From contig OZ024741.1 in NCBI GenBank assembly GCA_964016885.1, positions 237,522,001 to 237,586,000 of the forward strand: a stretch of DNA of 64,000 nt. Reading direction: 5' to 3'. Positions within the stretch are counted from its first letter, which is position 1, and every line of letters begins with the position of its first letter. A model generated the notes under the pieces. It was not told where the DNA came from. It was given only the letters and a program-made list of their open reading frames with translations, and searched no databases. The stretch is from Eledone cirrhosa (Eukaryota). A program made the translations under genes and the position numbers. This document shows positions 15,501 through 29,948 of the stretch, piece by piece.

Positions 15501-16166
15501 ACGATATTTTTTTACGTTCGACTTTAGTTTGTTTGTAATGCTTAGCTTGTGTGTTTCTATGTTTATTCTCCTGCACGGTAACTGCTTCAGTTTGTCTGCT
15601 TTCATATGATGGTGTTGTTGTTGCTGCTGCCCCAGACATGAGCAATCGCACACCAAACTTCTCCACCTTACCCCATCTGGGCCGTCATCACTGCTGCCAC
15701 TGTTGCCGAGGAGCAAGTGTCTGCACTGCAACCTCCCCCGTTCCCATACACAACTCCCACCATCTGTACCCTCTCCCTCCTTTTTGCCTCCTCTATCACT
15801 TGTCTATCTCTCCCGCCCCGTTTATGTAAGTATGTATGTATTATGTATGCGTTTGTGCGTATGTATTTGTATATCTCTATCTATCTAATCTATCTAAATA
15901 TCAGTGCCCCTAATCTAGCTTTCTGTCTTTTTCGCCTTTTACAAACACACATGTGTAGTAATTATTTAGCGCTAGGTCAATCTTATCGAGCTAAAGTATA
16001 ATCAAATCCATTCCCGCCATGGCCATCTCATTTTTTCAGAAGTATTCAATGTCTCCTTCCTTGTTTAAGATGGTGGGGATTGATTTAAAAGAGATTTGGT
16101 TGCTATTTCTAGCAGGTCGAACGACCGCGAAGAAGCACTCTAGTTGGCTCGATATACATAGACATA

Positions 16167-16214
<48 letters not shown>

Positions 16215-17192
16215 AGAGAGAGAGGGAGAGAGAGAGCTTCTATAACGATCTCTCCCTCCCCCTCTTTATCTCTAATTATCTACGACTTCCTCTTCCACAC
16301 ATACCTTCCCCAGTCACCGCGTCTATCTATCTCTTCTGTCTACCTCTCTCTATCTATATCTCTGCCTTTGACTCTGTCTCTATTTTTCTATCTATCTACC
16401 TATCTATTGCCTCCTCCTCCTCCGCCGCCGCCAGGTTTATCTTAAGATCTCCAGAGAAGACGTACAAAGCACTTTAGAGATGGAAGACGGACATACAGCA
16501 GCCGTCTGTGGATATGTGTGAGAGTGTGTGTGCTTGTCAATATATGTGAGTGTGTGGAGATGACATGGAGACTTGCTGAGAATTGCTCCTGAATAAGCTA
16601 GCCGACCTCGGAGCACTGTGTGAAGTAGTGTGGTGGGGTGGCCTTGTCAGTGAAAGGTGCCAAGTTGGAGGCGGGGAATCACCAGGGACACTTCTGTTTT
16701 ATAAACGTGTGGGTAAGCAAGCTTTTCCACTTAGTATATGTATGCGTATGTTACTGAGCGTATGTAAGTGTTGGGCCTCCCTCTGTGTATGTTGTTGTAT
16801 ATTCATATATTTATCTACGTGTTTATTATAGTGTTGCTGTATGTATGTGTATATATTCTGTTGTGTCTGCGCTGTTTTGTAATCTATTTATTTATATATT
16901 TTTTATTTTGTTCAATCTGAGCTTTTCTATTTTGTATGTTTATATGTGAGTGTGTGTGTGTGTGACTTGTGTCATGTGTACTTCACACTGACCCTTGCTC
17001 CTCCCCCTCCTGTCTCTCACAATCAGACATACACCCCCCCCCACTTCCACTACCGAGTCTGTCTCCCACTATCTGCAGACACACGCACACACATGCATAT
17101 ACATGTGTAATCTTTGTATATTTGTCTGTATGTGCGTCCTAAAAAAATGTTTATATGTATGCATATTTACGTGTACAAGCACTTATGTATCA

Positions 17193-17253
<61 letters not shown>

Positions 17254-17798
17254 GTGTGTGTGTGTGTGCGTGCTTGTAAGTATACGTCTGTATCTGTATG
17301 TGTTATCATTTTACACGTCAAATCCAGCTTGCAATAGTCTCAGTGGCCTGGGCCTGGTGAAATTTCTCAGTCTTGTGCTGGGTTGGCATATAAAGCATCC
17401 CCACAGCTAATTGCTCATCATATCACACCATCTACCCGCTGTCTTTTCTACTAGCAAACGGAAAAGCCTCTATGAACTAGAAATAACAGCCAAATTCCCA
17501 TAAAATCACATTCTTTGGAGAAAGACGATGGATGTAGTAGTTATACAAGTGTATTAGCCCCCCCCCCCCCCCCCCCCCCCGGGATGTTCACGGCTGGGAA
17601 CTTTTTGATTATTGGGTCTGCTCAAAAAGGGTTGACTCTGTGGCCAAACATCAACTGTCTCTTCGGTGTATTTCTAAACACATACACTCACACGTTACAC
17701 AAACACAGTTACAACTAGACAGAAACATGCCTCGAAATCATTTTAAAACAGTTCTAAGGGTATCAGTACATACATACATACATACATACATACATACA

Positions 17799-17831
<33 letters not shown>

Positions 17832-18153
17832 TTACAAACATACACATATGTGTGTATACATGTATTTGGTTATTTGTGTGTGTGTGTGTGTGAATAGGTG
17901 CAGGCTATTTTATGTCTCTGACGGCAATGTGTTTGTAGTATGTACCTATGTGTCTAATAGAGTGTTGTATATGGAAACATTGTATATGTATAATGAAGAG
18001 AATTAGATCATGAAAGTACAGACAAGACACTACATCGTTTATACATGTAATACACGATTCAACATAGGTTTACACCTCAACCCCTCCTTATATATACATT
18101 TATATACATACATATATATGTATATATACTATATATATACTATATATATATAC

Positions 18154-18184
<31 letters not shown>

Positions 18185-18291
18185 TATAAATTTCCGTAGA
18201 AAAGGTAAAGGAAAGAAGAGTGCTCTGTGTATAGTACAGAGCTTTTTTTTTTTTAATAGATATTAATTTCAAATCTTATATCCAAAACAAC

Positions 18292-18365
18292 TATTTCATC
18301 TGATGAACGAACTGGACGTTTCTGTAAGGTTCGTCTAGTCTCATGAAACCTTTGGTAATGGAATA
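18292..18365 (+). ncRNA. Type I hammerhead ribozyme, solitary
   Basis: Stem I TATTTCAT/ATGGAATA; CTGATGA 18300-18306; long stem II ACTGGACG/CGTCTAGT; GAAA 18345-18348; stem III CC-TTT-GG; GUA site. Confidence 0.7.
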
Positions 18366-18533
18366 ATTATATTGTGTTGTTTATTATGTAATTATATATA
18401 CACAGACATATTATTTACATACATACATATATATGTACAGTGTGTATATATATATTTGTGTGCGTGTGTATATATATATGTGTGTGTATGTATATATATG
18501 ATATCTATGTATGTGTGCGTGTATATAAGTAAA

Positions 18534-18760
18534 GGCTTAGTGGTTGAGGGACTGGGCTCATGATCGTAAGGTCATGAGTTGGATTCTCTGACCGGGCGGC
18601 GCATTGTGTTCTTCAACAAGACACTTTATTTCACATTCCTCCAGTTCACTCAGTTTGCAAAGATTAGTTACACCTGCCTTATCCCATACTATGTCACTCT
18701 GAATCTCCCTCAGAACTAAGTTAAGGGTATATGTCTCTGGAATACTCAGTCACTTGCTCG
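18534..18760 (+). mobile_element. tRNA-derived SINE (family B)
   Basis: A-box GGCTTAGTGG, degenerate B-box, core TTGTGTTCTTCAACAAGACACTTTATTTCACATT; related copy on minus at 23665-23835. Confidence 0.75.
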
Positions 18761-19102
18761 GAGTACTTGTCAGAAACAGAGGTCTAACACACATACACAC
18801 ACACACATGAATATATATACGTATGTATGTATTTATTGACATTTTGTAATGGTCCAACCATGAATAAATGCTGAGGTTTTGGAGCCTGATTCAGAGGAAC
18901 CCCCAAAGAAACATGTATCTAAAATGCCAGCATATTTACTTTAATAAATATTAGTTTATCTATGCGCGCACGCACACACGCACACATATATATATATGTG
19001 TGTGTGTGTGTGTATATCTGAATATAAATACATACATACATACACACACATATATGTATGTGTGTGTGTGCAGAGAAAGATTTACATATATATGAATATA
19101 TA

Positions 19103-20380
19103 TCATCATCACCATTTAACATCAATTTTCCATGCTAGCATGGATTAGATGTTTTGCTCATACAGAACTGATTTTGGCTTGGTTTCTACAGCTGGATGCC
19201 CTTCCTAATGCCAACCACATTTACACTATGTACTGTGTCCTTTTTGTCATGACGCCTACACGACCATTTATAGTATGGGCTGAGCACTTTTTTGTTATGT
19301 CACCAACACGACCACTATATAGTGTAGGCTGGGTCTTTTTGTCATGTCACCTACATGACTACTTTACAGTGTGGACTGGGGGCTTGGGTAGGGGAGGTAG
19401 ACCTAGGGCCATGGGTGAGGGTAAGGTGTTAGGACGTGGGTGGGGGGGTGTAATGGCGTGAGAGGTGTATGAAGGGGTGATGGAGGGAAGGTGGTGCATA
19501 CTAGATGTATGCATCAACCCATGCACATGGGAAGCTGGATCTTCTGTATTACTGTATGATGTCGGAGATCATGGTCCTGTCATCGCCTTTGAGAGGTGCA
19601 GTTGTGCAAGGTCAGCTTTTATCACCTCATCCCAAGTCTTCCTACTTCATAGCTTCCATCATCTTTGAGCGCTCTGCACCTTTTTATACAGCTATCATCC
19701 TTCATACACATCACATGTCCAAACCAACACAATCTCCTCTCCTACACACTGCATCTGATCCCTCTTATGCCCAGTTTCTCTATCTCAGTTCATTTATGCT
19801 TTGCCGTTCATCTATATTACTATTACATGTCCATCAAAGTATGGGAACTTCAATCCTTTCCAATCTAGACAATGCCCATGTCTCACTACAATGCAACATT
19901 GCTGTTCATATACATGCATCATACAATGCACCCTTCATTTTGAGGGAAAAACCTTTTGTAGTTAGCAACAGTAGTAGCTCCCTGAACTTTCTCCATCCTG
20001 TTCTCACTCTAGCTACTGTGCTTTTGGAACACCCTCCACCACTTCTAATTTGGTCACCCGGGTAACAGAAACTATCTACTACTACAGAGCCCTCTGGGAA
20101 TTTGAAGGAGTTAGTATCCTGTGAGCTCTTGCTACATATTGCACCTGTGCATTGGCCACATATAAAACCTATGTTTTTTGCTAGCCTGCCTGAGATCCCA
20201 CAACATTTCTTGTGCATTTGGGACATAGGAGGAATTTTTATCTATTCCTTTTTTGCACACAGAGCAAGGCCATTTCCCTGAGGGGCCCTGTTTTCCTTTC
20301 TATATGCTAGGACTTTGGTCTTTGACAAGTTAACTTTAAGACCTTTTGATTCTAGGTCATGCTTCCAGGTTTGGAATTAT
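19103..20380 (-). mobile_element. RTE LINE 3' fragment, decayed
   Basis: SGGGCSKSTVARVRTGWRKFRELL..KGFSLKMKGALYDACI is homologous to ORF 61752-62288; (GAT)n-type tail at ~19103. Confidence 0.88.
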
Positions 20381-21030
20381 ACTATACATGTATATAAATA
20401 TATAGACATATGTAGGACATGATCCAAATCTGCTCCCCACTCCCATAATGCTGCTGACATAACAAAAACACTTCACTCGTCATCAGCTAAGTACCTCCCT
20501 TTTGACCTACATCTCCCATCCCCATCGAGCATACATGCACCACACCTGCTCCCTCCTAACCTTCCCACGTCTGATACACCTCTCTTGCATACAAGCATGG
20601 AAAGCTGGACACGCTCCCCCATAATGCTGCCGTAATGGCTAAAAGCTCCCAGTCCACCCTGTAAGGTGGTCATGCTGGTAACAACAAAAGCCGTTAGTCC
20701 ACTGAACGGTGCTCATGATCATGAAAGGGCACCCAGCCCACTCTGTAAAGTGGTTGTGTTGGTGACATGACAAAAAGCACAAAGACCAACCTGTCATCTG
20801 GTCATTCTGGTGCCTCAATAAAAAGCACCCAGTCCATGCTGTAAATGCAGTTGACGTTAGGAAGGCATCCAGAAACGGTTCTACAAGAGCATGGTCATCT
20901 GATCAAACTTGTCTCGTGAGATGGCTCGTCTAAACCATGCTAGTGAAGAAAATGGACATTAAATAGTGTTAATGATGTTGATATAATACATATATATATA
21001 TATGTATATATACACACATACACACACATA

Positions 21031-21107
<77 letters not shown>

Positions 21108-21194
21108 TTCATATATATATATATATATATACACATATAAATATATATATATATATATATATAAATATTCATATATATATATATATATATACAC

Positions 21195-21257
<63 letters not shown>

Positions 21258-21449
21258 TATAAATATTTATATATATATATATATATACACATATAAATAT
21301 TCATATATGTATATATATATATATACACATAAATATTCATATATATATATATATATATATGGAAAGTTATATTTAAATTGTTGGGTTACAACTAGTAAAT
21401 ATTTATAACCGATATAAAAGCACTCGACAAGTATTTGGGGTATATTTAC

Positions 21450-21820
21450 AATATTAAATAAATGGAAACTATATTTATAAAACCATATTTATTTCATTAT
21501 ATATATTTCAGGGATATCATATTAACAATATGCTATGCCTTCCTCAGACAAAATACAATATAAACAGTTTTATAGATAAATAGATTCGACATACCGTAAC
21601 AACATCGACTTGTATTTGAAAAGTTGAATTGGCAATTTGAAACTGCCAATTCAACTTTTCAAATACAAGTCGATGTTGTTACGGTATGTCGAATCTATTT
21701 ATCTATAAAACTGTTTATATTGTATTTTGTCTGAGGAAGGCATAGCATATTGTTAATATGATATCCCTGAAATATATATAATGAAATAAATATGGTTTTA
21801 TAAATATAGTTTCCATTTAT

Positions 21821-21828
<8 letters not shown>
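21450..21828. repeat. Near-perfect inverted repeat (~185-bp arms) with a hammerhead on each strand
   Basis: Arms pair across the loop at 21635-21643. Plus motif: TATTTTGT-CTGAGGA(21731)-AGG..CCT-GAAA(21769)-TATATATA-ATGAAATA. Confidence 0.9.
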
Positions 21829-21871
<43 letters not shown>

Positions 21872-21877
21872 TAAATA

Positions 21878-21904
<27 letters not shown>

Positions 21905-21908
<4 letters not shown>

Positions 21909-22345
21909 CATCATCATCAACGTTTAACGTCCGTGTTCCACGCTTGCATGGGTTTGGATGGGGGGTTTTCCCACTTGAGGCAAGAGTGATTGTCTTGCTC
22001 GCATAGGACTGTCTGGCAGGTTTTCTACAGTTGGATGCCCTTCCTAACACCAACCACATTTACAGTGTGGGGCTGGGAGGTTTTTACCGTGTTGCCTACA
22101 CGGCCACATTACAGCGTGGACTGTGTGTTTTTTGTCGTGACACCTACACGATCTCATTTGTTTCGGCCTGGATGGTGTGGCACCAACACAACTTTACATA
22201 GAAGGGGGCGGTGTGGATGGGGTGGGGGTGGTGGGACGGGGGTGTATTTTGTTAGAGATGCTACTGACTGTAGTAGGTTTTACTATGTATTTAGGTAAGG
22301 CGGGTCTTCTCTATTACTGAGTACCGCCAAAGGTCTCGGTCCACA
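21905..22345 (-). mobile_element. RTE LINE 3' UTR copy with (GAT)n tail
   Basis: Close reverse complement of 62220-62673. Confidence 0.9.
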
Positions 22346-22357
22346 CACATATAAATA

Positions 22358-22405
<48 letters not shown>

Positions 22406-22419
22406 CACACATATAAATA

Positions 22420-22483
<64 letters not shown>

Positions 22484-22487
22484 AATA

Positions 22488-22530
<43 letters not shown>

Positions 22531-23664
22531 TTATATATATATATCATCACTATTTAATGTCTATTTTTCCATGCTTGCTTGAGTTAGACAGGTTGTCACA
22601 TTGAGACAATTCAGGTCAGGGGACCCTGTCTTCCTCATATAAATCTGTTACAGACGACAGGATGGACTGGGTGCTTTGTTGTTATAGTACCAGATCCCCA
22701 TACAAGGTGGACTTTGTTCTTTTTTCTTTTGTTTGTTTTTTTCGGGATTTGGCAGAAGTATATGAGGGTCGAGGAGTGAGGGTTAGGAGGAATAAGTACG
22801 CTGGTTTGACATGAGTGAGGTGTATGGCTTATTTAGCTGGTGAGAGGTATTAAGATTGGAGAGGGGTAAAGAACAAAAGATTGGTGCAGGCTAGTGTCTT
22901 TCAACATGTTTTTTTTCAGCCTCTGCACATAGGAGGGTGGGTCTTTTGCGGTACAGCACAATGCCAGAGATCTCAATCCTATATCATTTCCATTGTGAGA
23001 TTTAATTCGGCAAGGTCAACAGAGGCAACCCTAAGTCCAGTAAGACGACTTCCCTAGTGCTGGTGGCATGAATAAAAGCACTCGGTCCATGCTGTAAAAT
23101 GGAGGTAATGGAAGTGGCATTCGGCCAAAGTGTGGGATGGAGAGGGCCCCTGAGTCCAGTAAGACAACCTCTCTAGTGCTGGTGGCACAAATAAAAGCAC
23201 TCAGTCCAGGCTGTAAAGTGGTGCTGGTGATAGGAAGGGCATCCAACCAGTATATTATTAATGCCCCCCCCCCTCCCCCCCAATGATGCATACAACATAC
23301 AAATATATAGCTGTCGAAACGGGCCGGAGCTCAGCCGTTGGGATCTTGAATCTTTTCATATTACCCACTCTACTACCCCAAGTATCGAGTACTCTGGTGG
23401 GTTATGGTCTAGCTGGTTTTTATCACACCCTATCTGATATATATGTATATATATATATCATCATCATCATCATCATCTTTTACGTCCACTTTTCCCTGCT
23501 TGCAAGGGTGGGACCGGAACTGATTCTGGCTTGATTTCTACAGCTGGATGCCCTTCCTAACACCAACCTCATTTACAGTGAGTGCTGGGTGCTTTTTTGC
23601 CGTGGCACCTCCACGACCACTTTGCAGTGGAATGATAGGGACTCCAGTCCCTATCATCTCATTT

Positions 23665-23835
23665 CTACAGCTGAGTAAACTGGAGCAATGTGAAATAAAG
23701 TGTCTTGCTCAAGGACACAACACATCACCCAGTCTGAGAATTGAACTCACAACCTTTCGATTGCAAGCCCAATGCTCTAACCACTGAGCCATGTGCCTCC
23801 ACACCTTTCGATTGCAAGCCCAATGCTCTAACCAT
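23665..23835 (-). mobile_element. SINE family B with duplicated tRNA head
   Basis: ACCTTTCGATTGCAAGCCCAATGCTCTAACCA occurs twice; core matches 18600-18650. Confidence 0.75.
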
Positions 23836-23939
23836 ATATATATATATATCATCATCATCATCATTTTACGTCCGCTTTTCCCTGCTTGCATACATATATA
23901 TGTATGTTTGTGCGTGTGTAAGTATGTATAAATTCATCA

Positions 23940-25590
23940 TTATCATCACCATGTAACATCTATTTTTCCATGTTTGTCTGAGACAAGTCAAGTCATGTAA
24001 CCACGTCTTGCTCATATGAAACTGTATTTTGGGGTTGGTTTCTAGTGTGATGCCATTCCTAATGCCAACCACATCTGGACTGGGTGCTTTTGTTGTGGTA
24101 CTAGATTACCATACAGGGTCAAATTAGTGCCTTTGGGGGGGGGGGGGGGCAAGTAAGCAAGTTTGACATGAATGAGGTGTAAAGAGAAGATTGGTGTAGA
24201 CTACTGTCCTCTACATGTTTTTTTCTTTTTATCCTGTGCACATGGGAAAGCATAATACCAGAGATCTTGATCTTATGTTATTTTCTTTGTGAAGTTTAAT
24301 TGGGCAAGGTTAGCTTATATCACTTCATCCCAAGTTTTCCTAGATTTTCCTCTTCCATACTTTCTGTCGACTTTGAACGCTTAGCATCTTTTTATGCAGC
24401 TGTCATCCTCCATACACATCACATGTCCATACCACCACAATCTCCTCTCCTGAACACTGCATCTAACCCCTCTTATTCTTAATTTCTCTCTCAGTTCATT
24501 GATGCTTTATTGTTCATGCACAGTACTGTTACATATCCATTAGAGCATGCAAGCTATATTTCTTTCAAATCATCGTAGATCCTCACTTCCATTGCAGTTC
24601 ATTCACAATTTCAATACAATCTGCCTTTCATTTTGAGGCAAAAACCTTTTGTAGCTAGCAGCAATAATAGCTCTCTGAACTTTTTCCATCCTGTTCTCAC
24701 TCTGGCTACAATACTTTCAGAAAACCCATCTCTACTGCTAATTTGGTCACTCAGAAAACAGAAGCTATTAACTACTTTTATAAATCCCTCTGAGCATTTA
24801 AAGGGGCTTGTTTTCTGTGAGCTCTTGCTTAATTCTCCTGTATGAAACATATGAAACTTACGTTCTTTGCTAGCCTGCCTTAGATTTCACTAAATCTTTT
24901 GTATATCTGCACACTGAGCAGGGCCATTTCCCTAAAGGGATCTGAGCGCTGTTTTCCTTTCTACTTATTAGGACTTTAGTTTTTGCCAAGTTGACTTTAA
25001 GACCTTTTGCTTCCAAGCTATGTTTCCAGGTTTGGAATTTATTTTGTAATTCTGCCATAGATTCAGCTATGAAAATTAAATCATCAGCATACAGTTCCCA
25101 TGAGTAGCCAGTTTTCAAATCTTCCCCTGTAGACTACAGGATGATAATAAACAGGAGAGAGCTAAGACCTGAGCCCTGATGGACTCCTACTTGCACGCTA
25201 AATTCTTCACTGTAATCATTGTTAATTTTAACCTTACTGACTGCTCTTCTGCACATGGCTTGTACTGCCTTCACAAGCCACTCCTCTATCCCTAGTTTTC
25301 TAAGAGCCCACCAGGTTATGGAACAGGAATATCAAAAGCTTTTTCCAGATCAACAAATTCCAAGTATACTTATCACCTAGCTTCTCTCCTAGTCACCTGG
25401 TAGTGTTCTCTGCTTTCTCTATTCTGCCATTCTTTCCATGCCTGTCTCTTGGCCTTAATTGTCTCATCCATCCTACTATTCTACCATCAAGTCACTCACC
25501 TTCTCCCCAAAGACATGCTCCAGCCACAAATCTCATTTGTCACCTTTAGCAGATTATCTTTCAGGAACTCCCACTGTTCCTCTATATTGT
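23940..25590 (-). mobile_element. RTE LINE fragment, decayed with internal deletions
   Basis: WELYADDL..FQTWKHSLEAKGLKVNLAKTKVL..GKWPCSVC; ARVRTGWKKFREL. Confidence 0.88.
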
Positions 25591-26770
25591 ATATCTCTGT
25601 TATATATATATATATATCATCATCATCAATGTTTAATGTCTATTTTCCATTCTTACATGGGTTAGATGGCTATTGCATGCTGAAGCCAGAGAGGCCAGGG
25701 GACTAGGTGTGGCTCATAAGTTTCATTTTGGCTTGGTTACTATGGCTGGATGCCCTTCCTAATGCCAACCACTTTACAGTGTGTACTGGGAGCATGGTTT
25801 CTACAGCTCGATGCCCTTCTTAACGCCAACGACTTCACAGAGTATACTGTGAGGATTTTCTCATGACTCCAACATTACCACCTCACAGTATGAACTGGGT
25901 GCTTTTTGTCGTGACACCAGCACTATTTCATTACAGCACTATAATTCTCAGTGTACATAGTCATGCTGTGTTGGGGGGGTTGGGGGTTGAAGCTAGGGTA
26001 CTGGCATTTCATTGTTGGTGGTTGGGGGAAGTCGTTACTGGTAGTGGCTGGTGGCCTGAAGTTTGTTGCAAATAGATCATTCACATCACTGAATTCTAGG
26101 AGCTTTGATCCCTTTGTATTTCTCAGGCCATATCCATAGTCACCATGTACTCTGAAGCAGCCATTTTAGTTTTGACTAATATGTCTACAGAAGTCACCAG
26201 CCAGAATGATGTTATTCTCATCTGTTGTCAGGGTACACAAGTGCATTCACAAAGATATGCACAGTACACAAATCCCAAACACGTACGCATCTATGGATGT
26301 GCATGTGTGCGAGCTTGTGTGTGTACGTGTGTATACATGTGTATATATGTGTACACATATACATGTGTGCGTGTGTACATGTTTATGCATGTACATGTGG
26401 ACACATGTGTGCACATACACACACTTCCACCATCAATGCACTTAATACCTGCACATATACACACGCAGCATAATATGCATCACACCTACACACAACCACC
26501 AACTACATGTCTCCACTCCTCATCTCAACCTCCACCCCCATACACCAGACCACTCCTCCTCCCACCCTTGCCTTTTTTTATTTTTATTTTTTTGCATTTT
26601 TCCTTTTTTATGCTGTCTTTATTCCTTTTATTCTATACTCCGAACCTCTGTTATTCCTGATGAAGGGCAAATGTCGAACATGTTCAATGCCTAACTCTCT
26701 TTCTTTTAAGCATGAAACTTATGAGACTTTATGTTAATGCATCTTCTTGTTTGTTTGTTTCTTGTATTCT

Positions 26771-26819
<49 letters not shown>

Positions 26820-28084
26820 GTACATATGATATAATCAGCTATGATGCAAATGGCAAATAGAAATAACAAAGCAAATGATACAATACAATAAAGAAATATA
26901 TTAGTTTTATGCTTGATATAGTAGGAAAAGAGTCTTAATGTTTCAGATGATAGTGCTTCATCAAAAAATAGATTGAGAAATTAAAAAAGAAATAGAAAGA
27001 TGAAGAAAGTAGGCATTAGCAGAAACGAAAAAAATAATTCTTTCAGAAAAAAACAGGTCTATTCAAGTTGCCATCACATATATATATGTTTATGTGTTTG
27101 TTTTACAAGAGTCTTGATGTGAAATCGTGTGTTGAAACAGATATTGTGATATTGACTTTGTGTTTCAACGTTTTCCCATTTCAAATCAACCTAATGATTA
27201 AACAAATCCAAAATCCAGCTCTAGCTGCTAAAAACTATTACATATAGTTTATAATTTAGACAGAATATGTTGTCAGTGGCCACCTAATGTAGTGGTTAGC
27301 ACACTTGGCCAGAATTCAAGAGATACAGAGTTCAATTCTTTGTAATGGTTGTTGAGCACTTTAAAAAAAATTTTTTTATTCTGTCTCTAAGGGTAGTTCA
27401 CCTCATTTTCTCATTCTATTATTACTGTAGAAATTTTGTTTGAATTTCAACGTTTCCAAATTTCAAATCATCCAAAATCTTTGATAAATCATAGGATATA
27501 TATATATACAGACATTATATGTATATTGTAAAGAGTTATTGTCCGATGACTGAGCTCATACCATTTTGACGGCAAATGGATAACTAAATTATTTGTTCAT
27601 TTTCAGCTATTTCTAAATGCTATCTCTTCAGAGGTGGAGTCCTAATTTGATTGCCATGTGGGGTAAATGGAAAAATGACCGAAGTAGTGGTTGGTGAAGG
27701 AGGGGAAGTTAGTGAATTTGTTTAAGGCCTTTTACCATGTGAGTGTGTGTGCATTAGTGTGCCTTCACTAGAACTTGATTTATGTATTATTCTCCCCTTC
27801 CTCGTAGTGTGTGTGGTATGGTTGTGCTGTGCATACATATCCATTTTGGTGTATGCGTGGGCATTTGTGTATGTATGTGTGTAATTGTGTGTTCAGTGTG
27901 GGGGGTCAATCAGTGTGGTGGATATGGTTGATATAATAAACATGACTGGGATGAGGCTGAGCTATGGTGAACATCTATCGGCACTAAACTCATTACCTAC
28001 TCTCACTTTACTGTCAGCTCCTCAGTACATGGACTACACTACTCTGATGGGTCTTAAGTTTCCTTAAGACCCATCAGATGACAG

Positions 28085-28540
28085 ATTGTGGACTTTTCCA
28101 GATCAAAAAAATCTAGATATAGTGGCTTAAATTTAGCTAGGAACTTCTCTTGTAATTGTCTCACTAAAAAGATAGCATCTGTAGTATTCCACTTTGGCAT
28201 AAAACCAAACTGCATCTAATTTTACTCTTTCCCTAATTAGCTGTGCTAAAACTTTTTTTGTCACTTTCCTAAATTGGTCCATCGGTTTTATGTTCCTTCC
28301 TAGCGCATCACCTTTTCCCTTGTAACAATTAATGAGTTAACTGATTGGTTATGAAATAACTAATTGATTTTGAGGAATCAGCAGCTTTAACAATTTTCAT
28401 CTCCTTGATTGCTTTTTTGATATAATAATTGTCAATTTCAGTAGCTGGTCCCTCTGTTGGGTCAGCTGTGGTCAATCTCTCTTTCACCCTTTCATTTTCC
28501 ACATTCATCAACCTCTCATAATAGCATTTCCAGGCCTCAT
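28085..28540 (-). mobile_element. RTE LINE RT N-terminal fragment
   Basis: DPTEGPA..IKKAIKEMK, CYKGKGDAL and MQFGFMP homology to ORF 59909-61033. Confidence 0.75.
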
Positions 28541-28547
28541 TATATAT

Positions 28548-28732
28548 TGGATTGGCAGTATCGGTAGAGGGTCGGACGCCATGCTTTGACGCATAGAGTT
28601 ACGGCCCTTGCCATTCTGAGTTCAAATCCCGACGAGGTTAACTTTGCCTTTCATCCTTACGAGGTCGATAAAATAAAGTACCAGTAATGCACTGGGTAAT
28701 TGCTGGCCTTGTGCCAAAAGTAGAAACAATTA
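28548..28732 (+). mobile_element. SINE family A, full length
   Basis: A-box TGGCAGTATCGG, B-box GAGTTCAAATCC, central block, tail. Confidence 0.9.
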
Positions 28733-29948
28733 TATATATATAATCATAGCAGCCGATGGCAACTTCTTTTTTGTCATTAAGAGTCTTCACCCTATTATAT
28801 AAGCTATCTTATAGCATCTCTGTGCATGAGGTTACCATTCTTTATATTATATATAAATATGTATATGATGGACTCGCCCATTGTATGGCATATGAGGGTT
28901 CAACAGTCTTCTCAATTCAACTTTTTATGGTTATGCCTTAAATGGCACTTTAGTCCAGCTGCTGATTTACACATCAAGCCGCATTTAGTGCAGATGACAA
29001 GAGCAGGATATATATATCACTGAAATATTGTGGTGAGAAGACTCAATACTGTGTGGTGTTTAGTTCATCACTAGTTCTGCTTGCCTGCCTTCACAATACT
29101 TCACCACCACTACCACCATCAATAACAACAATAGCCAGATATGGACACACCAGACAACTGTTCTGCAACAATCAACCAGCCTTTCCTTTTTATTTCTCTT
29201 CCTTTTTAACAATTTGACCATTAATGTCAAATTGACATGCTGGTTTCCTCTGTTCAACACAAGTTGTGATGTGTATCTACTGTTTGACTGTAACAATTGG
29301 TGATTTAGTGGTACTAATTGATAGTTCCAACCACTGGTTAACTCTAATAAACTTGTTGTATGCAACAAATGTAAGCTCTTTATCTTTCTTTTCGATAATA
29401 GTCTTTGTGGAAACCCATTTTCAGACGAGTGTGTCATGGTTTCACACACAGCACATTAGAAAAAAGCTTGCAAAGATCTTGAAATTTTCCAGTCCTAATT
29501 GTTTATTATTTCTGAAACTAATAATTATGTCAGTTCTCAGTGTCAAATTTAACTGTCTAGTATTGGTGACATGATGGGACACACTCAGTACCCCTCTGAA
29601 AAGCAGTGACAAACAAAGTGAGACAACATTGGGTGGAAAAGACTCTAGTGTTGGTACCACAATAAAAAGCACCCATTACACTCTGCCCAGGGACAGTGCT
29701 GGTTCCATAATAAAATCCATCTGCTACATGTAAAAGGATTTGCATTAGCAAAGAAATCCTGCTGTAGAAATTATGCCAAAATATGGCATAGAACATATGA
29801 GCAAGATGTTCTCCAACCCATCTAATTTCAGACTGTGACGACCTGACCAACCCATGTCAGCATGGAGAACGAATATAAAATGATGATGATATATGTGGGT
29901 ATATATATGTGTGTGTATACAAATACATATATATATATATTTATATTA

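Noticed and set aside
25078-25095. CTGATGA on the minus strand
   Set aside because: It is the YADD codons of an RTE reverse transcriptase, with no hammerhead stems
26650-26730. CTGATGA followed by a hairpin and a distant GAAAC
   Set aside because: GAAA does not follow stem II and no stem I pairing was found; at best a ruined copy
27275-27345. tRNA-like sequence with A and B boxes
   Set aside because: No complete cloverleaf could be formed; it is a decayed SINE head, as are the other A/B-box hits
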